Shown: positions 19,209-28,384 of the stretch, in pieces | How positions within the stretch are numbered: the first letter of the stretch is position 1 | How the letters are laid out: each line of letters begins with the position of its first letter | Origin: Ignavibacteria bacterium | GTDB lineage: Bacteria; Elusimicrobiota; Endomicrobiia; PHAN01 | DNA: 38,895 nt | Reading direction: 5' to 3' | NCBI GenBank assembly: GCA_041694835.1 | Contig: JBGFRZ010000015.1 | Location: 1 to 38,895 of the forward strand | The notes under the pieces: model-generated | Database searches by the model: none | What the model saw: only the letters and a program-made list of their open reading frames with translations | Told to the model about the DNA's origin: nothing | Position numbers and translations under genes: made by a program

Positions 19209-19234
19209 AAATTCGTATGATGTATAAAACTTAG

Positions 19235-19369
19235 GTGAAGCCAACCGTAGATGCCATAATAAAAGGCGCAAAAACTGGAAAAATAGGCGATGGTAAGATA
19301 TTTATTTTAGAACTCAATGAGTGCGTAAGAATTAGAACCGGCGAAACAGGAGGGGATGCTATCGGATAG
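19235..19369 (+). pseudogene. 5'-truncated P-II nitrogen regulator (GlnB/GlnK family)
   Basis: Translates to [44 protein letters not shown]. An in-frame TAG immediately precedes it, and the N-terminal half and T-loop are missing. Confidence 0.9.
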
Positions 19370-19391
19370 ATGGCTCTAACATTAAAAATAT

Positions 19392-19595
19392 GGGTCTTCT
19401 CCATTTTTTGTTGTGCGTATAAAAACAAAGTGTTTGAGCGGGTTTAATCAAGTGTGAACACTTGATTGCCTCGCAGTCCCGATTTATCGGGACGAGAATG
19501 AGCGAAAATACATAGTCAGACAATTAACCCCACACACATCATAGCGGTATTTCAAAATCTTTACCCAATGTTACAACAACATTTGGAGAAGAGCC
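19392..19595. mobile_element. ~204-bp MITE-like element, family B
   Basis: Imperfect TIRs GGGTCTTCTCCA / TGGAGAAGAGCC. Inverted, interrupted copy at ~10003-10368. Internal hairpins AATCAAGTGT-ga-ACACTTGATT and GTCCCGA-ttta-TCGGGAC. Confidence 0.8.
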
Positions 19596-19764
19596 GAAAA
19601 TTTGGATGATTTATAAAAAAGACAAAGGCGCCAAAAACCGAAACTAAAATTGGAAATCGTGCCTTTAATAGCGTTCTTGAAAAATCATAACCCATATGAA
19701 GAGTCAATCGACTTTTTTGTAGAGATGTATAATATCGTAGTAAATTGTGGAGCGGTGGTTTTTT

Positions 19765-20793
19765 ATGTGCGGTGTAATAGGAATAACTAACTTCAACAAA
19801 AAAAGATTTTCGGGAGATGTGATTGCCAGAGCCTTGGATCACATGCGCGAAAGAGGCAATGGTCTTGGGTCCGGCTATGCGGGTTACGGGATATATCCAG
19901 ATAATCCGGATGACTGGTGCCTCCATATCTTTTTCAATTCCGAGAATTCCAGACTGAAGACCGAGGATTATTTCGACCAAAACTACGGTGTCGCAAAAAA
20001 GGAGCCCATCCCGACGAAATTCATCGAAAAGATAACGAATCCCCCTCTAATCTGGCGATATTTTCTTAAGTCCTGCGAAAAGAGCGAAGACGCTATATTT
20101 TCGTCAGTGATGAAAATCAACACGGAAATACCGGGAGCGTTCGTGGTTTCAAGTGGGAAAAACATGGGTGTGTTCAAGGGCGTCGGATTCCCCCATGAAA
20201 TCTCAGAGTTTTACGACATCAAGCGATACAAAGCCTACACATGGATTGCCCACAACAGATTTCCCACAAATACGCCCGGCTGGTGGGGAGGAGCGCATCC
20301 TTTCGGACTTCTTGATTTTTCGCTTGTCCACAACGGTGAGATATCGTCGTATGGCATAAACAAGAGATATCTCGAGAGTTATGGTTACAAACTAACGCTT
20401 CAGACAGACTCCGAGGCGATACTTTATCTCTGGGATTTACTTTTGAAAAGGCATAAACTTCCGATACCGCTCGCTGCAGCGGCCATGGCGCCGACACACT
20501 GGGAAGAGATAGACGATATGAACAAAAAAGACAAAGAACTTTTTACGGCAATAAGGATGACATATGCAAGCTGCCTTATAAATGGCCCTTCCGCTCTCAT
20601 ACTCGGTTTTGAAGGTGGAATGCTCGGGCTCAATGACAGGATAAAATTAAGACCGCTTGTGGCGGCAAGATCGAGAAATTACGGTTACATATCGTCTGAG
20701 GAATCGGGTATAACTGCGGTCAGCGAAGAGAAACTCGATGAAGTGTTTCATCCCGCAGCAGGCGAACCAATTGTTTTTAGATTAAAAAAATAG
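19765..20793 (+). CDS. Glutamine amidotransferase subunit of split (archaeal-type) glutamate synthase
   Basis: MCG start, ERGNGLGSGYAGYGIYP, SSGKNMGVFKGVG, HNRFPTNTPGWWGGAHPF, HNGEISSY, DRIKLRP. Confidence 0.9.
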   Translation: MCGVIGITNFNKKRFSGDVIARALDHMRERGNGLGSGYAGYGIYPDNPDDWCLHIFFNSENSRLKTEDYFDQNYGVAKKEPIPTKFIEKITNPPLIWRYFLKSCEKSEDAIFSSVMKINTEIPGAFVVSSGKNMGVFKGVGFPHEISEFYDIKRYKAYTWIAHNRFPTNTPGWWGGAHPFGLLDFSLVHNGEISSYGINKRYLESYGYKLTLQTDSEAILYLWDLLLKRHKLPIPLAAAAMAPTHWEEIDDMNKKDKELFTAIRMTYASCLINGPSALILGFEGGMLGLNDRIKLRPLVAARSRNYGYISSEESGITAVSEEKLDEVFHPAAGEPIVFRLKK

Positions 20794-20853
20794 AATTTTC
20801 GTTATTTTTCGTTGTATGTGTATTTGCCTAAAACCGCGCTGATTTATATCTAA

Positions 20854-20996
20854 CACTACTTCGTTAAGTGATTCTTCGGGCGACGAATGCCTCGCCCGTG
20901 TGTCATTGCGAGCCGAAGGCGCGGCAATCTCGGTGTCAAAGTCGGGATTGCTTCGGTTTCACCTCGCAATAAGACCGCTGACTTAACGAAGTAGTG
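20854..20996. mobile_element. 143-bp MITE-like element with 16-bp perfect TIRs and a CTAA duplication
   Basis: CACTACTTCGTTAAGT / ACTTAACGAAGTAGTG. CTAA at 20850-53 and 20997-21000. Carries a GTCATTGCGAG...CTCGCAAT palindrome. Confidence 0.85.
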
Positions 20997-21023
20997 CTAA
21001 TTAGTGAGAATCACTAAATAACA

Positions 21024-22583
21024 ATGAGAAAAAGACAGACATTCCCCGAGTTTAAAATAATAAGGGACATGGAACGATGCATTCAGTGCGAGGTGTGCGT
21101 AAGGCAGTGCGCCTTCGAATCGCATATTTTCGACGCCGAAACAAAAACTGTTGAAAGCGATGATTTCAGTTGCGTATGCTGCCAGAGATGTGTTTCGCTA
21201 TGCCCCACCCATGCGATTACCGTGATAAGATACCCGCAGAACTTCCGTCCTGAAAGTTACTGGTCGAAAGGGTATCTTCAGGAGATATACAAGCAGGCTG
21301 ACACGGGCGGAATTCTACTTTCGGGAATGGGTACGGATAAACCGCACAAATCCTACTGGGACAGAATCTTACTCGACGCAAGTCAAGTTACAAATCCTTC
21401 TATAGACCCCCTGCGAGAGCCGATGGAACTGCGAACTTATCTCGGTTCAAAACCGGAAAAATTAGAGTTCAGAGGTCGGAGGTCAGAGGTCAAAAAAACG
21501 AGCGACAGCCACTCACCACTCACCGCTTACAACTTACAAACCAAAATATCTCCGCAATTACAACTTGAAACCCCAATAATGTTTTCTGCGATGTCATACG
21601 GTGCGATAAGCTACAACACCGTACAGGCGCTGGCGGAGGCGGCGAAAAAAAGCGAAACTTACTGGAACACAGGCGAGGGCGGATTTCCTAAGAATTTATA
21701 CAAATACGCCGCTCACACGATAGTGCAAGTCGCCTCGGGGAGGTTCGGTGTTCATTCGAAATATCTGAATGTTGCAGCTGCCGTTGAGATAAAAATAGGA
21801 CAGGGCGCAAAACCGGGTATAGGGGGTCATCTGCCAGGTGAAAAAGTCAACGCTCTCATTTCCGAGACGAGAATGATACCCGAGGGCTCAGATGCCATAT
21901 CTCCCGCCCCTCATCACGACATCTACTCGATTGAGGACCTTGCACGACTCATAGCGGCTTTGAAAGAGGCGACGAGATATAAAAAGCCGATATCAGTCAA
22001 AATTGCCGCGGTTCACAACTCCGCCGCTATTGCTTCAGGCATAGTGAGAGCCGGCGCCGACATAGTCGCCATAGACGGATTCAGGGGCGGAACAGGTGCC
22101 GCTCCGACAAGAATAAGGGACAACGTTGGAATTCCTATCGAACTGGCACTCGCCTCCGTAGACGAAAGATTGAGACAAGAAGGTATAAGACACAGAGCAT
22201 CTATAGTCGCCGGGGGTGGTATAAGAAGTGCGGCCGATGTCATTAAAGCGATAGCTCTCGGGGCTGATGCCGTCTATATAGCGACATCGGCGCTTGTCGC
22301 TATGGGATGCCATCTCTGTCAGAAATGCTATACGGGAAAATGCAACTGGGGAATAGCCACACAGAATGAATACCTTATAAAAAGATTAAACCCCGAGATA
22401 GCAGCGGAACGTCTTTCAAATCTCATCAAAGGATGGTCGCGCGAAATAAAAGAAATGCTCGGTGGAATGGGTATAGATGCCATAGAGAGTTTAAGAGGTA
22501 ATCGTCTCAGACTTAGAGGCGTCGATATGACCGATACAGAACTCAAGATTTTGGGCATAAAGCCCGCCGGGGAGTCGCTCTAA
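21024..22583 (+). CDS. FMN-binding glutamate synthase subunit with N-terminal 2x[4Fe-4S] domain
   Basis: CxxCxxCxxxC twice, AMSYGA, NTGEGG, QVASGRFGV, EIKIGQGAKPGIGGHLPGEKV, SPAPHHDIYSIEDL, C-x5-C-x4-C. Confidence 0.93.
   Translation: MRKRQTFPEFKIIRDMERCIQCEVCVRQCAFESHIFDAETKTVESDDFSCVCCQRCVSLCPTHAITVIRYPQNFRPESYWSKGYLQEIYKQADTGGILLSGMGTDKPHKSYWDRILLDASQVTNPSIDPLREPMELRTYLGSKPEKLEFRGRRSEVKKTSDSHSPLTAYNLQTKISPQLQLETPIMFSAMSYGAISYNTVQALAEAAKKSETYWNTGEGGFPKNLYKYAAHTIVQVASGRFGVHSKYLNVAAAVEIKIGQGAKPGIGGHLPGEKVNALISETRMIPEGSDAISPAPHHDIYSIEDLARLIAALKEATRYKKPISVKIAAVHNSAAIASGIVRAGADIVAIDGFRGGTGAAPTRIRDNVGIPIELALASVDERLRQEGIRHRASIVAGGGIRSAADVIKAIALGADAVYIATSALVAMGCHLCQKCYTGKCNWGIATQNEYLIKRLNPEIAAERLSNLIKGWSREIKEMLGGMGIDAIESLRGNRLRLRGVDMTDTELKILGIKPAGESL
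21464..21537 (+). repeat. In-frame heptamer tandem arrays inside the glutamate synthase gene
   Basis: AGAGTTC-AGAGGTC-GGAGGTC-AGAGGTC, then CGACAGC-CACTCAC-CACTCAC-CGCTTAC-AACTTAC. Confidence 0.75.
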
Positions 22584-22584
22584 T

Positions 22585-23034
22585 ATGAAGAAAACGAAAA
22601 AAACAAAGAGGCTTTACGCAAAGCCCGAATACTGCATGGCCTGCCGACTATGCGAGATAGCCTGCTTCGTAAAACACTCCAAATCGAAAAAAATCATAAA
22701 GGCATTCCGCGAAGAGAGAGATACATTAAAACCAAAAATAATAGTTGAGACCAAAGGGGCGATTTCTTTCGCTCTTCAATGCCGCCATTGCGACGACGCT
22801 CTATGCATAGAGGCCTGTCTTACGGGGGCGATGATGCGAAAATCGGACGGCGCCGTCATTTGCGACGAGGGAGTATGCGTCGGATGCTGGTCGTGCATAA
22901 TGTCATGTCCATATGGAGTTATTATGAGAGACACAAAAAGGAAAAAAATCGCTACGAAATGCGATCTCTGCCCCGACAAGAATGTCCCGTCCTGCGTAGA
23001 GGCTTGTCCAAATGAGGCTCTTATATATGAATAG
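22585..23034 (+). CDS. 4Fe-4S dicluster electron-transfer protein (CooF/HydN-like)
   Basis: Four Cys clusters: CMACRLCEIAC, CRHC..C..AC, CVGCWSCIMSCP and KCDLC..CVEACP. Confidence 0.9.
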   Translation: MKKTKKTKRLYAKPEYCMACRLCEIACFVKHSKSKKIIKAFREERDTLKPKIIVETKGAISFALQCRHCDDALCIEACLTGAMMRKSDGAVICDEGVCVGCWSCIMSCPYGVIMRDTKRKKIATKCDLCPDKNVPSCVEACPNEALIYE

Positions 23035-24304
23035 GACGAAATATTTAATCATCGGCTCAGGCATTGCCTCGGTTTCCGCCATCGAATCGATAAGAAAAAC
23101 CGACGGAAAATCTTCTTTGACCGTATTAACGAAAGAAAAAACCGCATTTTATTCAAGACCGCTGATTTCTTATTGGCTTTCGGGTGAGATAAATATTGAA
23201 AAAATTCAATATCGACAACTTGAATTCATTGAAGAAAAAGCCGTAAATCTGATAGCGGAGATAGAAGCGAAAGAGTTCGATTTCAAAAAGAAAATCGTCA
23301 CATGCATTCTGAAAAACGGTAAGAAGGAAAAAATTTTATACGAGAAAATGCTTATAGCTACGGGGGGAAAGCCTTTTGTTCCCAATAACATTAAAAACTT
23401 ATCTAATGTTTTCACATTTACTACGCTCCATGACGCTAAAAAAATAGACTCAGCGATAAAAAGTGGGGCAAAAACCGCATCAGTAATAGGCGGTGGATTT
23501 ATAGGATTGAAAACTGCGGAAGCGTTAAAAAAAAGAGGAGTTGATGTCTCGATAGTAGAGATGGCCGGATTCGTACTTCCGACACTTCTCGACGAGCGTT
23601 CTTCGGAGATATTTCAGGAAAACATAAGAGCGAATGGCGTAAAGATGTTTGTCAAAGATGTCGTGGAAGAACCTATAGGCGGCGGAAAAAAACTAAAATT
23701 AAAGAGCGGAAAAATCCTTGACTCCGATATCATCATCGCAGCGATAGGAGTAAAACCTGAAATATCAACTTTCGAATCTACCGACCTGAAAATTGAAAAG
23801 GGAGTGGTCGTCGACAAATTTATGCAAACGAATATACAAGATGTATATGCCGCCGGCGATGTCTCGGAGGCAAAGGATTTTATTGCTAAGAAAAATAGAC
23901 CAATCCCAATATGGTCTCTCGCTTACAGACAAGGCGCGATCGCGGGTGAAAACATGACAGGCTCAAGGACAGTTTATCATGGAGGAATCCCTATGAATTC
24001 AATCGAGATTTTCGGACTTCCTGTGATATCCGCAGGCAAGGCGACGCCCGAAAAACCTTCTCAGAGCGTCCTTTTTAAATCCGACGAAATCTCAAAAAAA
24101 TACAAGAAACTTGTGTTCGAAGATGAAAGGCTCGTAGGATATATAATGCTCGGCGACGTGGAAAGGGCCGGCATCTACACCGGTCTTATAAGAAGCAGGA
24201 CTGATGTTTCAAAGTTCAGGTATGAGCTCATAGGTGAAAACTTCGGATTCATATCTGTGGGCGAAGAGACATGGAAGAAAAAAATCACTCCGATAGAAGT
24301 ATGA
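23027..24304 (+). CDS. FAD-dependent pyridine nucleotide-disulfide oxidoreductase (probable glutamate synthase electron input)
   Basis: IIGSGIA, YSRP, ATGG, IGGGFIG, YAAGD. Confidence 0.88.
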   Translation: MNRTKYLIIGSGIASVSAIESIRKTDGKSSLTVLTKEKTAFYSRPLISYWLSGEINIEKIQYRQLEFIEEKAVNLIAEIEAKEFDFKKKIVTCILKNGKKEKILYEKMLIATGGKPFVPNNIKNLSNVFTFTTLHDAKKIDSAIKSGAKTASVIGGGFIGLKTAEALKKRGVDVSIVEMAGFVLPTLLDERSSEIFQENIRANGVKMFVKDVVEEPIGGGKKLKLKSGKILDSDIIIAAIGVKPEISTFESTDLKIEKGVVVDKFMQTNIQDVYAAGDVSEAKDFIAKKNRPIPIWSLAYRQGAIAGENMTGSRTVYHGGIPMNSIEIFGLPVISAGKATPEKPSQSVLFKSDEISKKYKKLVFEDERLVGYIMLGDVERAGIYTGLIRSRTDVSKFRYELIGENFGFISVGEETWKKKITPIEV

Positions 24305-25035
24305 ATATAGCCGCTAAAAATCTTCATTACAGGCAACTCAACGCCAAAATCTATGACGCGCTTAAAAAAGACGTTAAAGATATTTTTCTTTCAAACGTAA
24401 ATGGACAAAGTTACATAGCAAGCGGCGTCGACGCTATAATAAAAATAAATATAGACGGACTCCCGGGAGATGACCTCGGCGCGTTCATGAACGGACCCGA
24501 TATATTCGTAGATGGGAACGCTCAAGACGCCATAGGGAACACGATGTCTGGCGGGAGAATAATTATAAACGGACATGCCGGTGACGCCGCCGGATATTCA
24601 ATGCGAGGTGGGAAGATATTTATAAGGGATTACGCCGGATACCGTGTCGGCATCCATATGAAACAATACCGTGAAATGATTCCGACTATAGTGATAGGCG
24701 GCTTTACAAAAGATTTTCTTGGCGAGTACATGGCCGGCGGAATAATAATACTGCTCGGGATCGGCTCAAAAACCGCCGCCGGAAAACTCCTCGGGACCGG
24801 TATGCATGGGGGAGTGATATACGCTCCTTCAAAAAAGATACCGAAAAAAATTTCTAAAACACTCGCTATGACAAACTGCGAAAGAACTGACCTCGACATC
24901 TTAAACACAAACATTGATGAATTCATCAAATATTTCAAACCTGACAAAAAATCTCTCGCCGAGATAAGAAAACTCAAATTCAAAAAACTCACACCATCCA
25001 CCCATAGACCATACAGTAATCTTTACGCTTACTAA
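24301..25035 (+). CDS. Glutamate synthase C-terminal GXGXG beta-helix subunit
   Basis: GNAQDAIGNTMSGG, GYSMRGG, GYRVGIHMK, FLGEYMAGG, GTGMHGG. ATGA overlap. Confidence 0.9.
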   Translation: MNIAAKNLHYRQLNAKIYDALKKDVKDIFLSNVNGQSYIASGVDAIIKINIDGLPGDDLGAFMNGPDIFVDGNAQDAIGNTMSGGRIIINGHAGDAAGYSMRGGKIFIRDYAGYRVGIHMKQYREMIPTIVIGGFTKDFLGEYMAGGIIILLGIGSKTAAGKLLGTGMHGGVIYAPSKKIPKKISKTLAMTNCERTDLDILNTNIDEFIKYFKPDKKSLAEIRKLKFKKLTPSTHRPYSNLYAY

Positions 25036-25060
25036 TTTTTATATGTTTTCCACTTATCAC

Positions 25061-25089
25061 TTGACATTGCGACTTATTTTTTATATAAT
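25061..25089 (+). promoter_or_regulatory. Consensus sigma70 promoter for the perR operon
   Basis: TTGACA (25061-66), 17 bp, TATAAT (25084-89). Confidence 0.85.
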
Positions 25090-25120
25090 AATCATTACTA
25101 AATAGTAATCATTACTATTT
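25086..25120. promoter_or_regulatory. Tandem Fur/PerR-type operator boxes
   Basis: Perfect 10-1-10 palindrome AAATAGTAAT-C-ATTACTATTT (25100-25120), plus TAATAATCATTACTA (25086-25100) overlapping the -10. Confidence 0.85.
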
Positions 25121-25132
25121 AGAAAAAATTCA

Positions 25133-25561
25133 ATGAACCCTATAAGAAGAACGGATTTACAGCACATCAATTCTATATTGAAGGAAGCGGGGCTAAAATC
25201 CACTCCTCAGCGGGCGTTCATTTATTCGTATCTTGAAAAAACATTTGCACATCCAACCGCTGAAACGATTTATAGAGATGTAAAAAAAGAGTATCCTTCG
25301 ATAAGTTTGAATACAATATATCAAACACTTGAAATTTTTGAAAAGAAAAAAATTATTTTTGCTATAATTGATGAAAATGGCGTCAGACACTACGATGCAC
25401 ATCTAAAACCGCATTTGCATCTTATATGCCTTAAATGTGGCAAAATAACCGACACACCTTACGACGACCGTCGCATAATGGGAAAGGTAAAGACAAATTT
25501 CAAGGCGATAAAATCTGTTGTCAGTATCTATGGATATTGCAAGGAAGTGGGGTGTAAATAA
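25133..25561 (+). CDS. perR: Fur-family peroxide regulator
   Basis: [22 protein letters not shown] and YGYC. Heads an oxidative-stress operon. Confidence 0.82.
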   Translation: MNPIRRTDLQHINSILKEAGLKSTPQRAFIYSYLEKTFAHPTAETIYRDVKKEYPSISLNTIYQTLEIFEKKKIIFAIIDENGVRHYDAHLKPHLHLICLKCGKITDTPYDDRRIMGKVKTNFKAIKSVVSIYGYCKEVGCK

Positions 25562-25562
25562 T

Positions 25563-25724
25563 ATGGAAAAATGGAAATGCACTGTCTGCGGTTACATATA
25601 CGATTCAACAAAAGGCGACCCGGATAACGATGTAAAGCCCGGCACCAGGTTTGAGGACATTCCCGACACATGGGTCTGTCCCGAATGCGGCGTCGGCAAA
25701 GATGCTTTTGAAAAATTTGAATAG
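25563..25724 (+). CDS. rub: Rubredoxin
   Basis: [14 protein letters not shown]...[18 protein letters not shown]. Confidence 0.95.
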   Translation: MEKWKCTVCGYIYDSTKGDPDNDVKPGTRFEDIPDTWVCPECGVGKDAFEKFE

Positions 25725-25733
25725 GAGGTTACT

Positions 25734-26927
25734 ATGAAAGCTTTCAAAATAGCAGAAAATATCTATTGGGTCGGGGCGGTCGATTGGGATGTCAGGGATT
25801 TTCACGGGCATTCATACACCGTCCACCGCGGAACAACATACAACGCATACCTTATCATAGACGAAAAAATATGTCTTGTGGATTCCGTTTATACTCCTTT
25901 CTCAGAAGAACTGCTTGAACGGATAAAAAGTGTCATTGAACCTTCGAAAATTGATTACATAATCGCCAATCACGTAGAAGTCGACCATTCTGGCTCTATC
26001 TTGGAAGTGTTGAAATTTGCGCCCAACGCCAAAGTTTTTTGCACACAAAAGGGAAAAGATGGATTCCTCTCACACTTTTTTGAAAACTGGAATTTTCAGA
26101 CGGTAAAAACAGGAGAGACACTCAAACTGGGCAAAAGAACTCTCACTTTCATAGAAGCCCCTTTCATACACTGGCCCGACTCGATGTTCACATACATCAA
26201 CGACGACGCCATTCTTCTTCCAAATGACGCTTTCGGACAACATTACGCCACCGCACAGAGATTCGACGATGAAGTTCCCGAATCTGAACTGATGGAGGAA
26301 GCGGCAAAATACTTCGCAAATATACTCACGCCTTTCAGCCCTCTCATACTCAAAAAACTCGACGAGGTCGCCAAACTAAAGAACCCCATAAAAATGCTCT
26401 GCCCAAGCCATGGAATAATCTGGCGGAAAGACCCCGCAAAAATTATTAACGCTTATCAAAAATGGGCGTCTGGCGACTACAAGAAGAAGATTATTATAGT
26501 CTACGACACAATGTGGGGCAGCACCGAAAAAATGGCGAGAAACATTCTTGAAGGCATATCCTCAGACGGGAACATAGAAGTAAAACTTTTTAAGATGCCC
26601 GTCTCCGACAGCTCCGACATAATCAAAGAATTTCTTGATTCAAGATTTATAGTTATTGGTTCATCGACGCTCAACAAGGGAATACTACCCACATTAGCGG
26701 CTTTACTCGAGGACCTTGAAGGGTTAAGGTTTAAAAATAAACTCGGTGCCGCCTTTGGAAGTTTTGGGTGGTCCAGCGGAGCGGTTGAGTCAATAGAAAC
26801 CCGTCTCAAAAAAGCGGGAATTGAGGTAGCCAGTCCTTCTTTGACAACAAAATGGGTGCCTGACGGAGCCAAACTTAACGAATGTTTCGAGTTCGGCAAA
26901 AAAATAGCCGAAAAGGTGAAACAATGA
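25734..26927 (+). CDS. fprA: Flavodiiron protein (FprA/ROO)
   Basis: GTTYNAY, HVEVDH, HWPD, NDAFGQH, PSHG and flavodoxin TMWGST. Confidence 0.95.
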   Translation: MKAFKIAENIYWVGAVDWDVRDFHGHSYTVHRGTTYNAYLIIDEKICLVDSVYTPFSEELLERIKSVIEPSKIDYIIANHVEVDHSGSILEVLKFAPNAKVFCTQKGKDGFLSHFFENWNFQTVKTGETLKLGKRTLTFIEAPFIHWPDSMFTYINDDAILLPNDAFGQHYATAQRFDDEVPESELMEEAAKYFANILTPFSPLILKKLDEVAKLKNPIKMLCPSHGIIWRKDPAKIINAYQKWASGDYKKKIIIVYDTMWGSTEKMARNILEGISSDGNIEVKLFKMPVSDSSDIIKEFLDSRFIVIGSSTLNKGILPTLAALLEDLEGLRFKNKLGAAFGSFGWSSGAVESIETRLKKAGIEVASPSLTTKWVPDGAKLNECFEFGKKIAEKVKQ

Positions 26928-28099
26928 AAGTTGTAATCATTGGAAACGGAGTAAGCGGGATAACCGCGTCAGGAGAAATTCGTGAAAAAGACGCATCCGC
27001 ACAAATAGAGGTCTATTCCGACGAAAAATACCATTATTATCCAAGACCGCTCCTTATTGATTTTTTGTACGGCAAAAAAAGAGAGGACGAACTCTACTTT
27101 TATCCACCGAAGTGGTACGACAAGAAAAATATTAAAGTAACACTTGATATAACTATTGAAAAAATAGACCCACAAGCAAAAAAAATAATCACGGAACAAG
27201 GCGAGCGTATTTCATACGATAGATTGCTAATAACATCCGGCGCAAGTTGTAATCTCCCGCCCATAAGAGGAGCTGACAGGAGCGGGGTTTTTACACTCAG
27301 ATGTCTTGAGGATGCTAAAAACATTCTCGATGCGTCAAAAAGATCGAAAAAACTTGTCGTCATAGGAGGCGGGATTCTTGCTCTTGAGGTGGCAGGCGCC
27401 TTGAAAAAAGATGGTTTGGATATCACCGTCGTAGAAGTCGGCGAATATCTTCTACCCAGACAACTGGACACTGAAGGCGGTGAGATACTTTTAAAAAGCA
27501 TAGAGAGAACCGGGATAAAAACACTAACAAGTGCATCCACAGAAGAAATCAATGGCGAAAACTCAGTTACATCTATAAAACTAAAAAACGGCAAAGAAAT
27601 AGAAGCCGATATGGTTATAATTTCCGTCGGAATAAAACCTAACATAGAACTGGCGGCGGGCGTTTTAAAAACAAACAGAGGCATTGTCGTGGATGAGTAT
27701 CTCGAAACTTCTGAAAAAAACATCTATGCGGCTGGCGATGTCGCTGAGTTTGAAGGTAGATGTTACGGTATCATACCGGCGGGAATTGAACAATCTAAAA
27801 TCGCGTCTCAAAACATCATGAAAGAACATTCTGCCAAATACTCGGGAACCATAATGTCAAACACTCTCAAAGTCGTCGGTGTTGCTCTCACATCTGAAGG
27901 CGATATATTCAACCAACAAAGCGTTCAGCACAAATTCGTCGATAGTTCAAAAGAAATTTACAGAAAAATATTTGTAAGAGACGGAAAAATAATCGGGCAT
28001 ATCCGATTAGGCGACAGAAAAAACTTAAAAGAACTGTCAGCCGCAATAAGAGCAAAAAAGGAGGTGAATGACGAAGAAATCAAAAAACTGCTGTCGTAA
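26924..28099 (+). CDS. NAD(P)H:rubredoxin oxidoreductase-like FAD enzyme
   Basis: IIGNGVSG, YPRP, IGGGIL, YAAGDVAE. ATGA-coupled to fprA. Confidence 0.85.
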   Translation: MKVVIIGNGVSGITASGEIREKDASAQIEVYSDEKYHYYPRPLLIDFLYGKKREDELYFYPPKWYDKKNIKVTLDITIEKIDPQAKKIITEQGERISYDRLLITSGASCNLPPIRGADRSGVFTLRCLEDAKNILDASKRSKKLVVIGGGILALEVAGALKKDGLDITVVEVGEYLLPRQLDTEGGEILLKSIERTGIKTLTSASTEEINGENSVTSIKLKNGKEIEADMVIISVGIKPNIELAAGVLKTNRGIVVDEYLETSEKNIYAAGDVAEFEGRCYGIIPAGIEQSKIASQNIMKEHSAKYSGTIMSNTLKVVGVALTSEGDIFNQQSVQHKFVDSSKEIYRKIFVRDGKIIGHIRLGDRKNLKELSAAIRAKKEVNDEEIKKLLS

Positions 28100-28144
28100 T
28101 AAAATCATTGACAGGGCAGGGGGCTCGGAGAACACATCGGAGAT

Positions 28145-28340
28145 TAGCGAATGGCAAATAGTAGAGTAGCGAGTAGCGGGTAGATAGTAGATGGGAGAGA
28201 ATAGGAAGTTCAAGAGTTGAAAAGTTGAGAGTTGAGAGATGTCTCCGAGTATCTCTAAACTCCAAAATAAGTTCTCTAAACCGCATAACTCTGCAACTCA
28301 TAAAATCTCCATCCACTCGCTACTATCTACCATTCACTTA
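28145..28340. repeat. Complementary 7-mer arrays forming a long imperfect hairpin
   Basis: GGTAGATAGTAG (28179-90) is complementary to CTACTATCTACC (28320-31). Inner GAGTTGA / AACTC arrays. Confidence 0.65.
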
Positions 28341-28384
28341 TGAGCTTGTGCTCTTATGCACTCGCGCACTAATAAGGAGGCGTT

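Noticed and set aside
19231-19428. 65-aa minus-strand ORF
   Set aside because: It is antisense to the P-II remnant and starts inside MITE B.
19384-19603. 8-bp target duplication for MITE B (AAAAATAT / GAAAATTT)
   Set aside because: Two mismatches in AT-rich sequence make it indistinguishable from chance.
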